Shown piece by piece: positions 19,065 to 29,920 of a stretch of DNA of 64,000 nt. The notes under the pieces were generated by a model. It did no database searches and was not told the DNA's origin. It saw only the letters and a list, made by a program, of their open reading frames with translations. The position numbers and the translations under genes are program-made. Location of the stretch: contig CACZWU010000014.1 in the NCBI GenBank assembly GCA_902784965.1, positions 2,885 to 66,884 of the forward strand. Direction: 5' to 3'. The first letter of the stretch is position 1. Each line of letters begins with the position of its first letter. The DNA is from an uncultured Bacteroidia bacterium. GTDB taxonomy: Bacteria > Bacteroidota > Bacteroidia > Bacteroidales > UBA932.

Positions 19065-19096
19065 AAATTTGCCGGGCTGAAAAGCCCGGCAAATTT
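19065..19096. terminator. Perfect 13-bp hairpin between rpsJ and tRNA-Met
   Basis: The sequence is AAATTTGCCGGGC-tgaaaa-GCCCGGCAAATTT. Both arms have A/T-rich flanks, so it could terminate or serve as a processing site in either direction. Confidence 0.55.
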
Positions 19097-19111
19097 ACTT
19101 ATTACCCTTAA

Positions 19112-19417
19112 TTACACTTTGATCTCAACCTCGACGCCACTGGGGAGTTCCAGTTTCATCAGGGCGTCCACGGTCTTCGGAGAAGAGTTGTGGATGTCCA
19201 GGAGGCGACGGAAAGAATTGAGTTCAAACTGCTCACGGGCCTTCTTGTTGACGAAGGTCGAACGGTTCACCGTAAAGATCTTCTTGTCGGTCGGAAGGGG
19301 AATCGGGCCGCTGACGACAGCACCGGTGGCCTGCACCGTCTTGACGATCTTCTCGGCTGACTTGTCAACCAGGGCGTGGTCGTAAGATTTGAGTTTAATT
19401 CTGATTTTCTGGCTCAT
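19112..19417 (-). CDS. rpsJ: 30S ribosomal protein S10
   Basis: The internal ATG at 19417 gives [43 protein letters not shown].., 101 aa. The longer ORF start at 19552 overlaps fusA and was rejected. Confidence 0.95.
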   Translation of the reverse strand: MSQKIRIKLKSYDHALVDKSAEKIVKTVQATGAVVSGPIPLPTDKKIFTVNRSTFVNKKAREQFELNSFRRLLDIHNSSPKTVDALMKLELPSGVEVEIKV

Positions 19418-19439
19418 TATTGTAACTTTTAAACGATTT

Positions 19440-21560
19440 TTATTCTTCGTCATCTGCATATCTGCGTGGTCCGCCGTGCTTGTCGATGATCTCCTTGGCC
19501 AGGTTCGCAGGGACTTCCGCATAGTGCGAGAATTCCATGGTACTGGTGGCACGGCCGGAGGTCAGGGTCCGGAGGACCGTCACATATCCAAACTGCTCCG
19601 CGAGCGGAACTTTGGCCTTCACGATGCGGGCATTGCCTTTGGAGTCCATGTCGACGATCTGGCCGCGGCGACGGTTCAGGTCGCCCACCACATCGCCCAT
19701 ATAGTCTTCGGGCGTCACCACTTCCAGCGACATGATCGGTTCCATCAGCACCGGACCGCACTTGCGCAGGGCATTGCGGAATGCCACGCGGGCGCAGATC
19801 TCGAACGAGAGGGCGTCGGAATCGACCGGATGGAAGCTGCCGTCGAGCAGCCGCACTTTGAGGGAAGTCATCGGGCAGCCACACAGCACGCCGTTGTCCA
19901 TCGCCGAGCGGAAACCTTTCTCCACGGAAGGAATGAACTCCTTGGGAATGTTTCCACCCTTGACTTCGTCGATGAACTGGAGGCCGGTGACCCCTTCGTC
20001 GACCGGACCGAGTTCGACCACGATATCGGCGAACTTGCCCCGGCCACCCGTCTGTTTGCGGAACACCTGACGGTGCTGGTACGACCGGGTGACCGCTTCC
20101 TTGTAGTTGACCTGCGGTGCACCCTGGTTGATTTCCACGTTGAATTCCCGGCGGAGACGGTCGACGATGATGTCGAGATGAAGCTCGCCCATACCGCTGA
20201 TGATCGTCTGTCCGGTGTCGGGATTCGTCTGGACGGTGAAGGTAGGATCCTCTTCGGATAATTTGCCCAGTGCGATGCCCAGGCGCTCGAGATCCTGCTG
20301 CGTCTTCGGCTCGACCGCGATGCCGATCACGGGATCGGGGAAGGTGATCGATTCGAGGACAATCGGATGGCTCTCGTCGCAGACCGTGTCACCGGTGCGA
20401 AGTTCCTTGAAACCCACGGCGGCGCAGATGTCGCCCGCTTCGACGAAGTCGATGGGGTTCTGCTTGTTGGAGTGCATCTGATAGAGGCGGACCACCCGCT
20501 CTTTCTTGCCGGAACGGGTGTTGAGCACCTGATGGCCTGCATCGAGATGGCCCGAGTAGGCGCGGATGAAGGCCAGGCGGCCGACGAACGGATCTGTGGC
20601 GATCTTGAAGACCAGGCCGCAGAAAGGATCGGTGGCCACCGGCTTGCGCTCGACCTCGCGGTCGGTGCGCAGATCGATGCCGTGGACGCTTCCCTTGTCA
20701 AGCGGAGAAGGGAGGTAACGCATCACGGCGTCGAGCAGGAACTGGATGCCTTTGTTCTTGAACGACGAACCGCAGCAGGTCGGAACCACGGCCATGTCGA
20801 TGGTCGCTTTCCGGAGTGCGTCGATAATCTCCTGATCGGAGATCGAATCGGGATCGTCAAAGAACTTCTCGAGAATCTCGTCGTTGTATTCGGCGACAGA
20901 CTCGATGAGCTTTCCTCTCCACTCCTCCACCTCGGCCACCATTTCGGCCGGCACCGGCTTCTCCACGTAGTTCACGAGGTCTTTGCTGGTTCCGTCGTAG
21001 TAGTAGGCTTTCTTGGCGATCAGGTCCACGATGCCTTCGAAATGTTCTTCGGCACCGATGGGGAGACAGATCGGAATGGCGCGGGCGCCCAGTTTCTCAT
21101 GGATATCTTCGACAACGGCAAGAAAATCCGCGCCGGTACGATCCATCTTGTTGACATAGGCGATCTTGGGGACATGGTATTTGTCCGCCTGGCGCCAGAC
21201 TGTCTCCGACTGGGGCTGTACGCGGCCCACGGCACAGAAAGTAGCGATCGTCCCGTCCAGGACGCGAAGCGAACGCTCGACTTCGACCGTGAAGTCCACG
21301 TGACCCGGAGTGTCGATCAGATTGATCTGATACTGCTCACCGTTGTAATGCCAGAAGGCCGTCGTAGCGGCCGACGTGATGGTAATGCCACGCTCCTGCT
21401 CCTGGACCATCCAGTCCATGGTGGCAGCGCCCTCGTGTACCTCACCGATCTTATGGGTCTTGCCCGTATAATAGAGGATACGTTCGGACGTGGTGGTCTT
21501 ACCGGCATCAATGTGAGCCATTATACCGATGTTACGCGTGTATGTAAGGTCTCTTGCCAT
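19440..21560 (-). CDS. fusA: Elongation factor G
   Basis: 706 aa, beginning [33 protein letters not shown].., with DTPGHVDF and NKMD GTPase motifs. Confidence 0.97.
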   Translation of the reverse strand: MARDLTYTRNIGIMAHIDAGKTTTSERILYYTGKTHKIGEVHEGAATMDWMVQEQERGITITSAATTAFWHYNGEQYQINLIDTPGHVDFTVEVERSLRVLDGTIATFCAVGRVQPQSETVWRQADKYHVPKIAYVNKMDRTGADFLAVVEDIHEKLGARAIPICLPIGAEEHFEGIVDLIAKKAYYYDGTSKDLVNYVEKPVPAEMVAEVEEWRGKLIESVAEYNDEILEKFFDDPDSISDQEIIDALRKATIDMAVVPTCCGSSFKNKGIQFLLDAVMRYLPSPLDKGSVHGIDLRTDREVERKPVATDPFCGLVFKIATDPFVGRLAFIRAYSGHLDAGHQVLNTRSGKKERVVRLYQMHSNKQNPIDFVEAGDICAAVGFKELRTGDTVCDESHPIVLESITFPDPVIGIAVEPKTQQDLERLGIALGKLSEEDPTFTVQTNPDTGQTIISGMGELHLDIIVDRLRREFNVEINQGAPQVNYKEAVTRSYQHRQVFRKQTGGRGKFADIVVELGPVDEGVTGLQFIDEVKGGNIPKEFIPSVEKGFRSAMDNGVLCGCPMTSLKVRLLDGSFHPVDSDALSFEICARVAFRNALRKCGPVLMEPIMSLEVVTPEDYMGDVVGDLNRRRGQIVDMDSKGNARIVKAKVPLAEQFGYVTVLRTLTSGRATSTMEFSHYAEVPANLAKEIIDKHGGPRRYADDEE

Positions 21561-21580
21561 TTACGCAGATCGATAGCAGA

Positions 21581-22057
21581 TTAGAAACGGAAATGGGCAA
21601 ATGCCTTGTTGGCCTCTGCCATTCTGTGCATATCCTCTTTACGCTTGAATGCTGCACCTTCGTTGTTGTATGCAGCCATAATCTCTGCAGCCAGTTTCTC
21701 TGCCATGGAGTGGCCGGAGCGCTTGCGGGCGAAGACGATCATGTTCTTCATCGAAAGGGAGATTTTTCTTTCCGGACGCACCTCCATAGGCACCTGGAAG
21801 TTGGCACCGCCGACACGACGGCTCTTCACCTCGACCTGCGGGGTGACGTTTTCGAGCGCCTTCTTCCAAATATCGATAGGAGCCTGTTCAGAATCTTTCA
21901 TCTTCTCGCCGATGATATCGATGGCATCGTAAAAAATAGAATACGCGATACTCTTCTTCCCCTGCAACATAAGATTGTTCACGAAACGGGTAACCTGTAC
22001 GTCGTGAAACTTAGGATCAGGAAGTAGAATCCTCTTTTTAGGCTTCGTTTTTCTCAT
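21581..22057 (-). CDS. rpsG: 30S ribosomal protein S7
   Basis: 158 aa, with ..[27 protein letters not shown].. and the C-terminal ..[13 protein letters not shown]. Confidence 0.95.
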   Translation of the reverse strand: MRKTKPKKRILLPDPKFHDVQVTRFVNNLMLQGKKSIAYSIFYDAIDIIGEKMKDSEQAPIDIWKKALENVTPQVEVKSRRVGGANFQVPMEVRPERKISLSMKNMIVFARKRSGHSMAEKLAAEIMAAYNNEGAAFKRKEDMHRMAEANKAFAHFRF

Positions 22058-22082
22058 TTTTGTAAGAATTTAAATAGGTGAA

Positions 22083-22475
22083 TTACTTCTTAGCGGCTTT
22101 GGCTTTCTTCGGCCGTTTGGCGCCATAGAGGGAACGACTCTGGGTGCGACCCTCAACGCCAGCGGTATCCAATGCGCCCCTAAGGATGTGGTAACGTACA
22201 CCCGGAAGGTCTTTCACACGACCGCCACGAACCAGCACGATGCTGTGTTCCTGAAGGTTGTGGCCCTCGCCGGGGATGTATGCATTGACCTCTTTCTGGT
22301 TGGTAAGACGAACACGCGCCACCTTACGCATGGCGGAGTTCGGCTTCTTAGGCGTGGTGGTGTACACACGGACACAGACACCGCGCCGCTGAGGGCAAGC
22401 ATCCAGCGCGCGAGATTTGCTCTTTTCGACGATAACCTCGCGTCCTTTGCGAACTAATTGTTGAATTGTTGGCAT
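22083..22475 (-). CDS. rpsL: 30S ribosomal protein S12
   Basis: 130 aa, [44 protein letters not shown]. Confidence 0.95.
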   Translation of the reverse strand: MPTIQQLVRKGREVIVEKSKSRALDACPQRRGVCVRVYTTTPKKPNSAMRKVARVRLTNQKEVNAYIPGEGHNLQEHSIVLVRGGRVKDLPGVRYHILRGALDTAGVEGRTQSRSLYGAKRPKKAKAAKK

Positions 22476-22529
22476 AAATACTTGTAAATCTTTGATTTAT
22501 GTTTTTTGTCCCCACTTTTTGCGGGGTTG

Positions 22530-22537
22530 CAAAGATA
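22530..22537 (-). promoter_or_regulatory. -7 box TATCTTTG for the rpsL-rpsG-fusA-rpsJ operon
   Basis: The minus strand reads cTATCTTTGcaacc about 55 nt upstream of the rpsL ATG. A small hairpin (CCCCGC..GTGGGG) lies in the predicted 5' UTR. Confidence 0.5.
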
Positions 22538-22576
22538 GGACAAAAATTCCTAACTGCCAACAAGTTTTGAACAAAT

Positions 22577-24259
22577 TTATCGAATTTCGAAGCGGAGGAG
22601 GCAGGAAACGGGGTTTCCGGCCGCATCCAGACCCTCTGCAACCGCCACGAAATGACCTTTGTACAGCGGTTTACCGCAATGGATCTCCAGGCTCCGGCCC
22701 GCCTCCAGCTGTACGAGCGGATGCCAGCACAAAGTCTGCCGGTAGTCGGGATACAGGCTGTTGCCGGCCACCGCCTCGCCCGTGAAGGCCATCGGCACGC
22801 ACACGCCCTGGTAGTCCACCACGCGGGCGTTGCCGTCGAACTGGAATCCGGGCAAATTGCGCTTGTAGGTCACGAAATTGACCACGCCTTCGAAGATGCG
22901 GTTGCCGATGAAATGCGTGTTCGGATAGATGTCGACCATCTCCACCAGCAGCGGGTCGTAGTGCAGGATCTTTTCGTGATCGAACACCGGCACGCCGTCG
23001 AGCATCACCAGGGCCTTGCTGGTAGCCAGCACCATGGCGCCCGACAATTCGTTGAGCCGCACCCGGAGCTCCCGCTCCCCGGCCTCTGAACGGCGGACGC
23101 GGATTTCGGGGATGAATTCGGTGAAGACCTCCTCCATCGTGGGGAAGCGCGTATAGTCGTCGAGTATATAGCGCACCTGCACGTCTTCGTCGAAAAGCCC
23201 GTCGCTGCGGCGGGGCAGGAAATCGAAGAGCGTGTCGGCGGCAAAACGCCGGTCGAGCTGCATGCCCAGGCTGCGCAGGGCGAGCGCTTCGGAGAGCGAC
23301 TCGCTCATCGCCAGGGCCCGGGGTGCCTTCACGGCGGGATTCACATAGGGAGAGACCAGCTCGATGTGACAGCTGAGCTTCGGGTCGATGTCCTCGATTT
23401 CGCAGATGCATTCCTTCGCACCATAGATATTGGCCGTATAGAAGACGAGGGAGCCGTCTTCGCGGATGGGAGCGGCATAGACGTCCGACTTGTCGGAAGG
23501 CGACGAGATGAAGGCGTATTTGCCGGTCAGCGAAGGAATCATCGCTTCGCTGAAGCCCACCACGCGGCCGCGGATCACTTCGCCTTCGTAGTCCGGTGCC
23601 GGACTGTCCTCCAGCGGGCGCGGCCCCACGCGGCGCACCTGGGTCATGAAGTCGGCGATGCCGGGATTGTCGTTGGTGAGGATGCCGTCGTCGTGCCATA
23701 CCGAGAGGCTGACGCTCACGGGCTGTCCGCCCGCGTTGGTCAGCGTCAACCGCCCGTCGTCCCACTGCAGCGCCAGACCCTTCGTCATGCCGGGCTGGAC
23801 CCGGCATCTCTCTTTGTATTCTTCCTCCGACAAGATCTCCACCCCGTTCTTCACCCGCTCGGTCGAAGCCACGTTGAACACCGAAAGCGTCTTCGACGCA
23901 ATCCCTTCATAGTCATATCCTTCTTCCGCCTCGTTCTGCGCCGTATAGGCAATCAGGCGGTAGTTGCCCGTGGGCAGCGTCACCGGCAGCTCGAGAGCGC
24001 CGGCTCCCCGCCCGCCTTCCAGCGCGATGCGGGCCGTCGCTGCCAGGCCATCGGCCGAATGCAGCTCCAGGCAGGCCACTCGGCTCACTTTCGACAGCGT
24101 GCCGCCGGGCTCCACGCAAAAGGCCGAACACCACACCTTCTCGCCCGCCACGTAGACATCCTTGTCGGTGGAAACATAGGTCCGCTCCACGCTGCGTCCC
24201 TGAGCGGAAAGCAGCAGCGGCAGGAGGGCCAGCATCAAACAGATCGTCGTCTTTTTCAT
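22577..24259 (-). CDS. Secreted hypothetical protein with an MG2 (alpha-2-macroglobulin)-like N-terminal segment
   Basis: 560 aa with the signal MKKTTICLMLALLPLLLSAQG. The segment TDKDVYVAGEKVWCSAF..LPTGNYRLIAY resembles MG2 folds. It is the last gene of the receptor operon. Confidence 0.65.
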   Translation of the reverse strand: MKKTTICLMLALLPLLLSAQGRSVERTYVSTDKDVYVAGEKVWCSAFCVEPGGTLSKVSRVACLELHSADGLAATARIALEGGRGAGALELPVTLPTGNYRLIAYTAQNEAEEGYDYEGIASKTLSVFNVASTERVKNGVEILSEEEYKERCRVQPGMTKGLALQWDDGRLTLTNAGGQPVSVSLSVWHDDGILTNDNPGIADFMTQVRRVGPRPLEDSPAPDYEGEVIRGRVVGFSEAMIPSLTGKYAFISSPSDKSDVYAAPIREDGSLVFYTANIYGAKECICEIEDIDPKLSCHIELVSPYVNPAVKAPRALAMSESLSEALALRSLGMQLDRRFAADTLFDFLPRRSDGLFDEDVQVRYILDDYTRFPTMEEVFTEFIPEIRVRRSEAGERELRVRLNELSGAMVLATSKALVMLDGVPVFDHEKILHYDPLLVEMVDIYPNTHFIGNRIFEGVVNFVTYKRNLPGFQFDGNARVVDYQGVCVPMAFTGEAVAGNSLYPDYRQTLCWHPLVQLEAGRSLEIHCGKPLYKGHFVAVAEGLDAAGNPVSCLLRFEIR

Positions 24260-24265
24260 GGTCGT

Positions 24266-25459
24266 TTATTTGTGGTTGTTGGGCCAGTAATCGGGTTTGT
24301 TCTTGCTGCCGCCCAGCATCTCGCAGTGGACGCAGCGGTTCGGCAGCCAGTCGAATTCATAATCCGCCTCGGTCTCACGGCCAGTCCCCGCCCCCTCGTC
24401 GGTATGCAGCATGTACACGGAATAACCCTGGCGGTAATAGCGGTACCAGTCGTTCTTCTGCACGTAGGTCGGCTCGATGTCGTATTCGCCCGGCTTCGAA
24501 CGGGCGAACATAATCTCGTAGGAATTGATGTAGTAGCGCAGGGAGGAGGGCGCCGTCACGCTGATGTAGCCCAGCACCATCTCGTCGGGTTGGTCGACGT
24601 TGAGGATGTTGCCCCGCATCTCATAGGGTTCCGGCGAGAAGAGCCCGCCCACGTCGGAAGAGTTCTTCTGCATCATGTCCCAGTAGCGGTAAGCCGTCTC
24701 GGTGAGCGCCTCCTGGATGAGCAGCACCGAATAGATAAACGAGATGCGCTGCTCGTAGCGGTCCATCGCATAGAGCGGATGGCGCACGATGCGGTTTTCG
24801 GTCAGGTCTTTGGCCGAAGCGATCATCAGGTCGCTCACCTGGCCATGGTTCCAGCAGTAATAGGTGTTTTCGCCGTCTTCATACATCGCCACCGTGTCGC
24901 GTTCCACGAGCTTGCCTTTCAGATAGGTGTTGCGGGGCACGAAGAAGTGCGAAGCCTGGAAAGGCGCATGGTATTCCCAGGTCTCTTCGGCGATCCAGCG
25001 GTAATAAAGATTCTCGGGACCGCCGTGGGCGGAGACATCGACCGTCATCGTGGTGTGGTCGTCGCTGATGGTGTAGGCCAGGCTGTCGATGGCAGCCGCC
25101 TGCAGCACGGGCGCCCATGCCGAAGCATAGGTTCCGCGGTCATTGGACACCACCAGCCGGTACTCCAGGCCGGGGTCGGCGAAACGGGTATCGATGGAGG
25201 AGCCGTTGCGGCCGGTATAGCGGGTGCCGTCGCTGGCCTCGACAGTGACGGTGCTCGCCAGCGTGCGGGCGGGGTCGTTGCCCGTGAGCGGCATCGACGT
25301 GGTCACGCGCACCCGGGTATAGTCGCCGATCAGGATGTCGCCCTCGATGACCACGATTCCTTCGGTCCCCGGAACTTCGGCGTTGAAATCGTAGATGCAG
25401 GCGCCGGTCATCAGCGCCATGAGCATCAGGATCAGAAGCTGTCTCTTTTTCATCTTCAT
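24266..25459 (-). CDS. DUF4249-like lipoprotein
   Basis: 397 aa with the lipobox LMALMTGAC. Its position immediately downstream of a TonB-dependent receptor (1-nt overlap) is the usual DUF4249 context. The family name is from memory. Confidence 0.7.
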   Translation of the reverse strand: MKMKKRQLLILMLMALMTGACIYDFNAEVPGTEGIVVIEGDILIGDYTRVRVTTSMPLTGNDPARTLASTVTVEASDGTRYTGRNGSSIDTRFADPGLEYRLVVSNDRGTYASAWAPVLQAAAIDSLAYTISDDHTTMTVDVSAHGGPENLYYRWIAEETWEYHAPFQASHFFVPRNTYLKGKLVERDTVAMYEDGENTYYCWNHGQVSDLMIASAKDLTENRIVRHPLYAMDRYEQRISFIYSVLLIQEALTETAYRYWDMMQKNSSDVGGLFSPEPYEMRGNILNVDQPDEMVLGYISVTAPSSLRYYINSYEIMFARSKPGEYDIEPTYVQKNDWYRYYRQGYSVYMLHTDEGAGTGRETEADYEFDWLPNRCVHCEMLGGSKNKPDYWPNNHK

Positions 25460-28122
25460 CAGAATTTCAGGTTGAAGTTGACGTAGGGAACCGGGACGGC
25501 GAAGACACTGAGCATATGTCCGGTAACGTTGGTACCGTCGGAGCTGTAGTAGATGGAATACGGGTTCTTGCGCCCGGTCACGTTGTAGCAGCCGATGGTG
25601 AACGACATATGGGTCAGTTGCTTGAGATAGTGTCCGGGCTCAACGATGAACGCCAGGTCGAGCCGGAAGTAGTCGGGGATGCGGTAGCTGTTGCGGTCGG
25701 AATACACCAGGCGCGTGCCGCCGCCATATTCATAGCGTCCGACCGGCACGGTCACGGGACGGCCGGTGGAGTAGTCGAGGTTGACCGACAGGCTGAAGCG
25801 GTGCGTGAACTTGTAGTTGCCCACCACCTTGACGTCGTGCGGCTTGTCGTAGGGGGCGTTGTACCAGTCGCCGCCGTTGATGGTCAGCACGCCGCGGTCT
25901 TCCATCTCGCGGAGCTGCGAGCGCGACCAGGTGTACGACACCCAGCCGTTGAGCTTGCCGAAGGTCTTCTTGATCATCACCTCCACGCCGTAGGAACGGT
26001 TCTCCGTCTCGATGAGGTCGTCGGCCAGGTTGGGGTTCATCACCAGCACCGCACCGCTCTTGTAGTCGATGTAATGTTTCACCCGCTTGTAGTAGCCTTC
26101 CAGCGAAACGTCCACCGTGCCTTCGAACAGCGTGCGGTAGAACCCTGCGGCGGCCTGCCAGCCCGTCTGGGGACGGATCTTGTCGCTGCTCAGGCGCCAG
26201 CTGTCGGTCGGCGACACGTTGATGCTGTTGGAGATCATGTGGATGTACTGGCGCATGGTGTTGAAGCCGGCCTTGACGCTCGTCACGTCGTTGAACGAAT
26301 ACTTGCCCGAGATGCGGAATTCCGGCCCGCCGTAGGTCTTGGTGCCGCCGGCGCGGAAGAACTGCGACCAGCGGATGCCGAAATCGGCCGTCAGGGCGTC
26401 GGTGATGCGCCAGGTGTCGCTGGCGTAGACGGCCGCCTCCACGGCATTTTCCCGGTCGAGGGTCTGCGGCCGCACCAGCGAGGAGTCGCCCACCGCCTGG
26501 TAGCTGCCCGGATTGAGGTCGTACCAGGTGGCCGCCACGCCGTAGCCCAGAGTATGGGCATCGGAAAGCGACGACTTGAAGTGGGCTTTTCCGAAAGCCT
26601 GGTTCACGTCGTTCGAGAGCCGGTATGCGGTATAGGGGCTGAAGTTGTCTTCGATGCTGTAGTGATAGCTGTCGTAGCCGCCCGTCACCGTCATCGAGTG
26701 GTTCTCATTGAAGATGCTGTGCCATTTCAGCGCGCCGTTGATGTTGCGGTAGCGGAAGGTGGTGTCGTTGCTGAAGCTGAACTTGTCGCGGGAGAAATAG
26801 CCGTAGGCATGGATCGTGTTGCGCTCGTTGACCTTGTGGCTCAGGCCCAGGTTCGCATCCTGGAACGAGGCCTTGCCGCCCGCGTAGCCGCTGTTTTCGG
26901 GCAGCAGCTTGAACAGCCAGTTGGAATAGGTGGTCCGGCCGCCCAGGATGAACGAGGTGCGTTCCTTGACCAGCGGGCCTTCCAGGTGCAGACGGCTGGT
27001 CAGCAGGCCCAGGCCCAGCGATCCCTGGAACTTCTTGTTGTTGCCGTCGCGGTTGCGGATTTCCAGGACCGAGGAGATGCGCCCGCCGTACTGCGCCGGG
27101 ATGGAGCTCTTGTAGAGTTCCACGTCGCCGATCACGTCGGTGTTGAACGCCGACAGGATGCCGAACATATGGTTGGGATTGTAGATGGTCCCCTCGTTGA
27201 AGAGGATGAGGTTCTGGTCGGTGGAGCCGCCGCGCACGTTGAAGCCGCTGGCCGCTTCGCCCACCGATTTGACGCCCGGAAGGGTCATCACCACCTTCAG
27301 GGCGTCGGCCTCGCCGAAGACCACCGGCACGTTCTTGATGGTGTTGACGCGGACCACCTCCACGCCCATCTGGGGCGAACGGTGGCGCGAGACGCTTTCG
27401 GAGGTGACCACGGCTCCCTTGAGCGAGAACACCTTCTCCTTCATCACAACGTCGAGGCCGCCGTCGCCGTACACCTGCAGGTGCAGCTTGAGGTCTTCCA
27501 GCGAGTAACCGCTGAAGCCCAGGAGCGAGGCACCGTAGGGCAGCGACAACTTGTAGAAGCCATATTCGTCGGTCGTGGTGTAGGCCTTGCCGCCGTCTTC
27601 ATAGACCGACACGCCCACGAGGGGCTCGCCGGTCGAGACATCACGCACATAGCCCCGGACCACGGCCTTGCTGCCCTTGCTGGCAGCATCCGGGTCGCCG
27701 ATTTCGTAGATCTTGTTCTGGAAGGTCATCACCGCCGTCTGTTCGTCGAACAGGCCGGGGAGGCCGGCGGTGTCGGCCGGCGCTTCCGTCCGGAAGTAGC
27801 CGGCCGGCAGCGCGAGGGCGAGCGAGCGGCCCCGCAGCACGAACCAGCGGTCGTCGTAGCGGGTAACGCTGTAGCCGTTCTCACGCAGCTGGTCGAAGGC
27901 CTTTTCCAGGAATTCGCTGCGCGGGGCACGGACCGTATAGCTTTTAACGTCGGCGGTATCGGGAACAAAGAAGATGGACGCCCCGGTCTCCTGGCGGAGG
28001 AAATCGATGAGCGTGGTCGCGTCGGCCCGGGTCAGGTCGAGCGGGTCGCCGGGCGACTGGGCCCGGAGCAGCGCGGCAAGGCAGAGCGCCGCGACGGTCA
28101 GAAGGGTACGCAGCGTTTTCAT
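25459..28122 (-). CDS. TonB-dependent receptor (N-terminal STN-like segment plus CarbopepD-like domain)
   Basis: 887 aa with a signal peptide. The CarbopepD-like segment is VRGYVRDVSTGEPLVGVSVYEDGG..TDEYGFYKL. It has a plug (..VVFGEADALKVVMTLPGV..) and a barrel ending ..VPYVNFNLKF. Confidence 0.9.
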   Translation of the reverse strand: MKTLRTLLTVAALCLAALLRAQSPGDPLDLTRADATTLIDFLRQETGASIFFVPDTADVKSYTVRAPRSEFLEKAFDQLRENGYSVTRYDDRWFVLRGRSLALALPAGYFRTEAPADTAGLPGLFDEQTAVMTFQNKIYEIGDPDAASKGSKAVVRGYVRDVSTGEPLVGVSVYEDGGKAYTTTDEYGFYKLSLPYGASLLGFSGYSLEDLKLHLQVYGDGGLDVVMKEKVFSLKGAVVTSESVSRHRSPQMGVEVVRVNTIKNVPVVFGEADALKVVMTLPGVKSVGEAASGFNVRGGSTDQNLILFNEGTIYNPNHMFGILSAFNTDVIGDVELYKSSIPAQYGGRISSVLEIRNRDGNNKKFQGSLGLGLLTSRLHLEGPLVKERTSFILGGRTTYSNWLFKLLPENSGYAGGKASFQDANLGLSHKVNERNTIHAYGYFSRDKFSFSNDTTFRYRNINGALKWHSIFNENHSMTVTGGYDSYHYSIEDNFSPYTAYRLSNDVNQAFGKAHFKSSLSDAHTLGYGVAATWYDLNPGSYQAVGDSSLVRPQTLDRENAVEAAVYASDTWRITDALTADFGIRWSQFFRAGGTKTYGGPEFRISGKYSFNDVTSVKAGFNTMRQYIHMISNSINVSPTDSWRLSSDKIRPQTGWQAAAGFYRTLFEGTVDVSLEGYYKRVKHYIDYKSGAVLVMNPNLADDLIETENRSYGVEVMIKKTFGKLNGWVSYTWSRSQLREMEDRGVLTINGGDWYNAPYDKPHDVKVVGNYKFTHRFSLSVNLDYSTGRPVTVPVGRYEYGGGTRLVYSDRNSYRIPDYFRLDLAFIVEPGHYLKQLTHMSFTIGCYNVTGRKNPYSIYYSSDGTNVTGHMLSVFAVPVPYVNFNLKF

Positions 28123-28844
28123 CGGGTTTCGGCAAATTGGACCACGGCCTTGCAGAATTGTTCCAGATCGAGCGATCCGGTATCTTCGAGCGAAGAGACG
28201 TAGCGGTTGATGTCCCGTTTCCGGTCTTTATAGATCTGCATCAGCTGGCTGCGGCGGCGGATCGGCGTGATGACCCCGTTCTCCGAGACATGACAGATCC
28301 GGACCTGATAGGTAAAGACCTGATAGACGTCGTTGCGGTAGTTGGGGTCGTTGTATCCCATCTCGGCGCGCAGGTTGCCGTTGAGGTCCTGCTGGAGGAG
28401 GCGCACCACCTGCTTGATGACCTTGGCCCGGCCGTCGTAGACCACCTCCCAGTAGCCGTCCGGCGTCGAGGATCCATAGCAGTTGCGCAGGTTCAGGAAC
28501 GGGCGGCCTCCCATCTGGAAGCGCTCCACATATTCCCGCGCCAGCACCTTTTCGGCATTGCCCGACGGGGTTTTGACCAGCAGGTCCTGACGGGCAGCAT
28601 CGACGTTGAGCATCAGGCCCTCGTAGAGGGTGCCGTTATAGATCGCCGCACCGGGCATATAGGCGGGGCCGTCCCAGAAATAGGTCCCGTTGAAAGCCAT
28701 CGGATAGCCGTAGGCCTTATGCCCCCGAAAGAGGAGAGCGGCACCGCCGGCCTGCTCCATGTACAGCGAGGCATCGTCCTGCGCCAGGAGCGGAACAGGT
28801 GCCAGAAGCGCGAGCGCCACCAAGACCGTAAACGTTTTTCTCAT
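28119..28844 (-). CDS. Secreted hypothetical protein, first gene of the receptor operon
   Basis: 241 aa with the signal MRKTFTVLVALALLAPVPLLAQD. It overlaps the receptor gene by 4 nt. No family was recognised. Confidence 0.6.
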   Translation of the reverse strand: MRKTFTVLVALALLAPVPLLAQDDASLYMEQAGGAALLFRGHKAYGYPMAFNGTYFWDGPAYMPGAAIYNGTLYEGLMLNVDAARQDLLVKTPSGNAEKVLAREYVERFQMGGRPFLNLRNCYGSSTPDGYWEVVYDGRAKVIKQVVRLLQQDLNGNLRAEMGYNDPNYRNDVYQVFTYQVRICHVSENGVITPIRRRSQLMQIYKDRKRDINRYVSSLEDTGSLDLEQFCKAVVQFAETR

Positions 28845-28909
28845 ATAAGAAAGATGTTACACGACGCAAAATGTTGCGTCCGAAGGCGCAAAAATAAGTA
28901 ATTTAATCC

Positions 28910-28917
28910 TACCTTTG
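28910..28917 (+). promoter_or_regulatory. -7 box TACCTTTG upstream of arcC
   Basis: It matches TAnnTTTG and lies 40 nt upstream of the ATG at 28957. A 7-bp hairpin GACGCAA-aatg-TTGCGTC sits at 28863-28880. Confidence 0.45.
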
Positions 28918-28956
28918 TGTAGAATCTGCGAAAGCAGCCTAAAAAGAACCGTATAA

Positions 28957-29898
28957 ATGAAAAAGAAACTGGCGATGGTCGCCTTTGGCGGCAACGCGCT
29001 GCTCCGGAGCGGCCAGAAAGGCACTTATCAGGAGCAGCTCTCCAACGTCGAACAGACGTGCGGGCAATTATATAATTTGTTGGAACGCGGCTACGACGTG
29101 GTCATCGGCCACGGCAACGGCCCCCAGGTGGGCAACGTGATGCTGCAGCACGAGGCCGGCAAGAAGGCCTTCGGCGTCCAGGCGATGCCGATGGATTTCT
29201 GCGGCGCGGAGACCCAGGGCTCGATCGCCTATCTCATCGAGCAGGGGATGAACCGCGTGCTGGTGGCGCACGGCCTGCAGCGCAGCGTCGTGTCGCTCGT
29301 CACCCAGGTAGTGGTGGACAAGGACGACCCGATGTTCCAAAATCCCACCAAGCCCGTCGGACCCTACTATACGCGGGAAGAGGCGGAACGCCTCCACGCG
29401 GAAACCGGGGCCATCTACCGCGAAGATCCCAAGGGCAACGGCTGGCGCAAAGTCGTCGCCTCTCCCAAGCCCATCAGGATCAATAATATCGATATCGTCA
29501 AACAACTTGCCGATGAAGGCCGCATCGTCATCACGGTGGGCGGCGGCGGCATCCCTGTCGTGGAAAAAGACGGCCTGCGCACCGGCGTGGAGGCCGTCAT
29601 CGACAAAGACCTGGCCTCGGCCCTCTGCGCCACGCAGATCGGTGCCGATGAATTCTACATCCTCACCGACGTCCCCAAGGTCTACATCAACTTCCGCAAA
29701 CCCGGTGAGCAGGCGCTCGACGTGATCACCGTCGCCGAGGCGAAAAAATATCTGGCCGAAGGCCATTTCACCGAGGGGTCGATGGCCCCGAAGGTCCGGG
29801 CCGGCATCCTCTTCGTCGAAAATGGCGGCAGGGAGTGCGTCATCACCGAAGCCGGCCAGCTCGACAACCCCGCCTGCGGCACCCGCATCGTCCGTTAA
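28957..29898 (+). CDS. arcC: Carbamate kinase
   Basis: 313 aa, [16 protein letters not shown].., with [12 protein letters not shown] and the C-terminal ..GTRIV. Confidence 0.92.
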   Translation: MKKKLAMVAFGGNALLRSGQKGTYQEQLSNVEQTCGQLYNLLERGYDVVIGHGNGPQVGNVMLQHEAGKKAFGVQAMPMDFCGAETQGSIAYLIEQGMNRVLVAHGLQRSVVSLVTQVVVDKDDPMFQNPTKPVGPYYTREEAERLHAETGAIYREDPKGNGWRKVVASPKPIRINNIDIVKQLADEGRIVITVGGGGIPVVEKDGLRTGVEAVIDKDLASALCATQIGADEFYILTDVPKVYINFRKPGEQALDVITVAEAKKYLAEGHFTEGSMAPKVRAGILFVENGGRECVITEAGQLDNPACGTRIVR

Positions 29899-29920
29899 TC
29901 AAAAAACATATTTCAACCCT

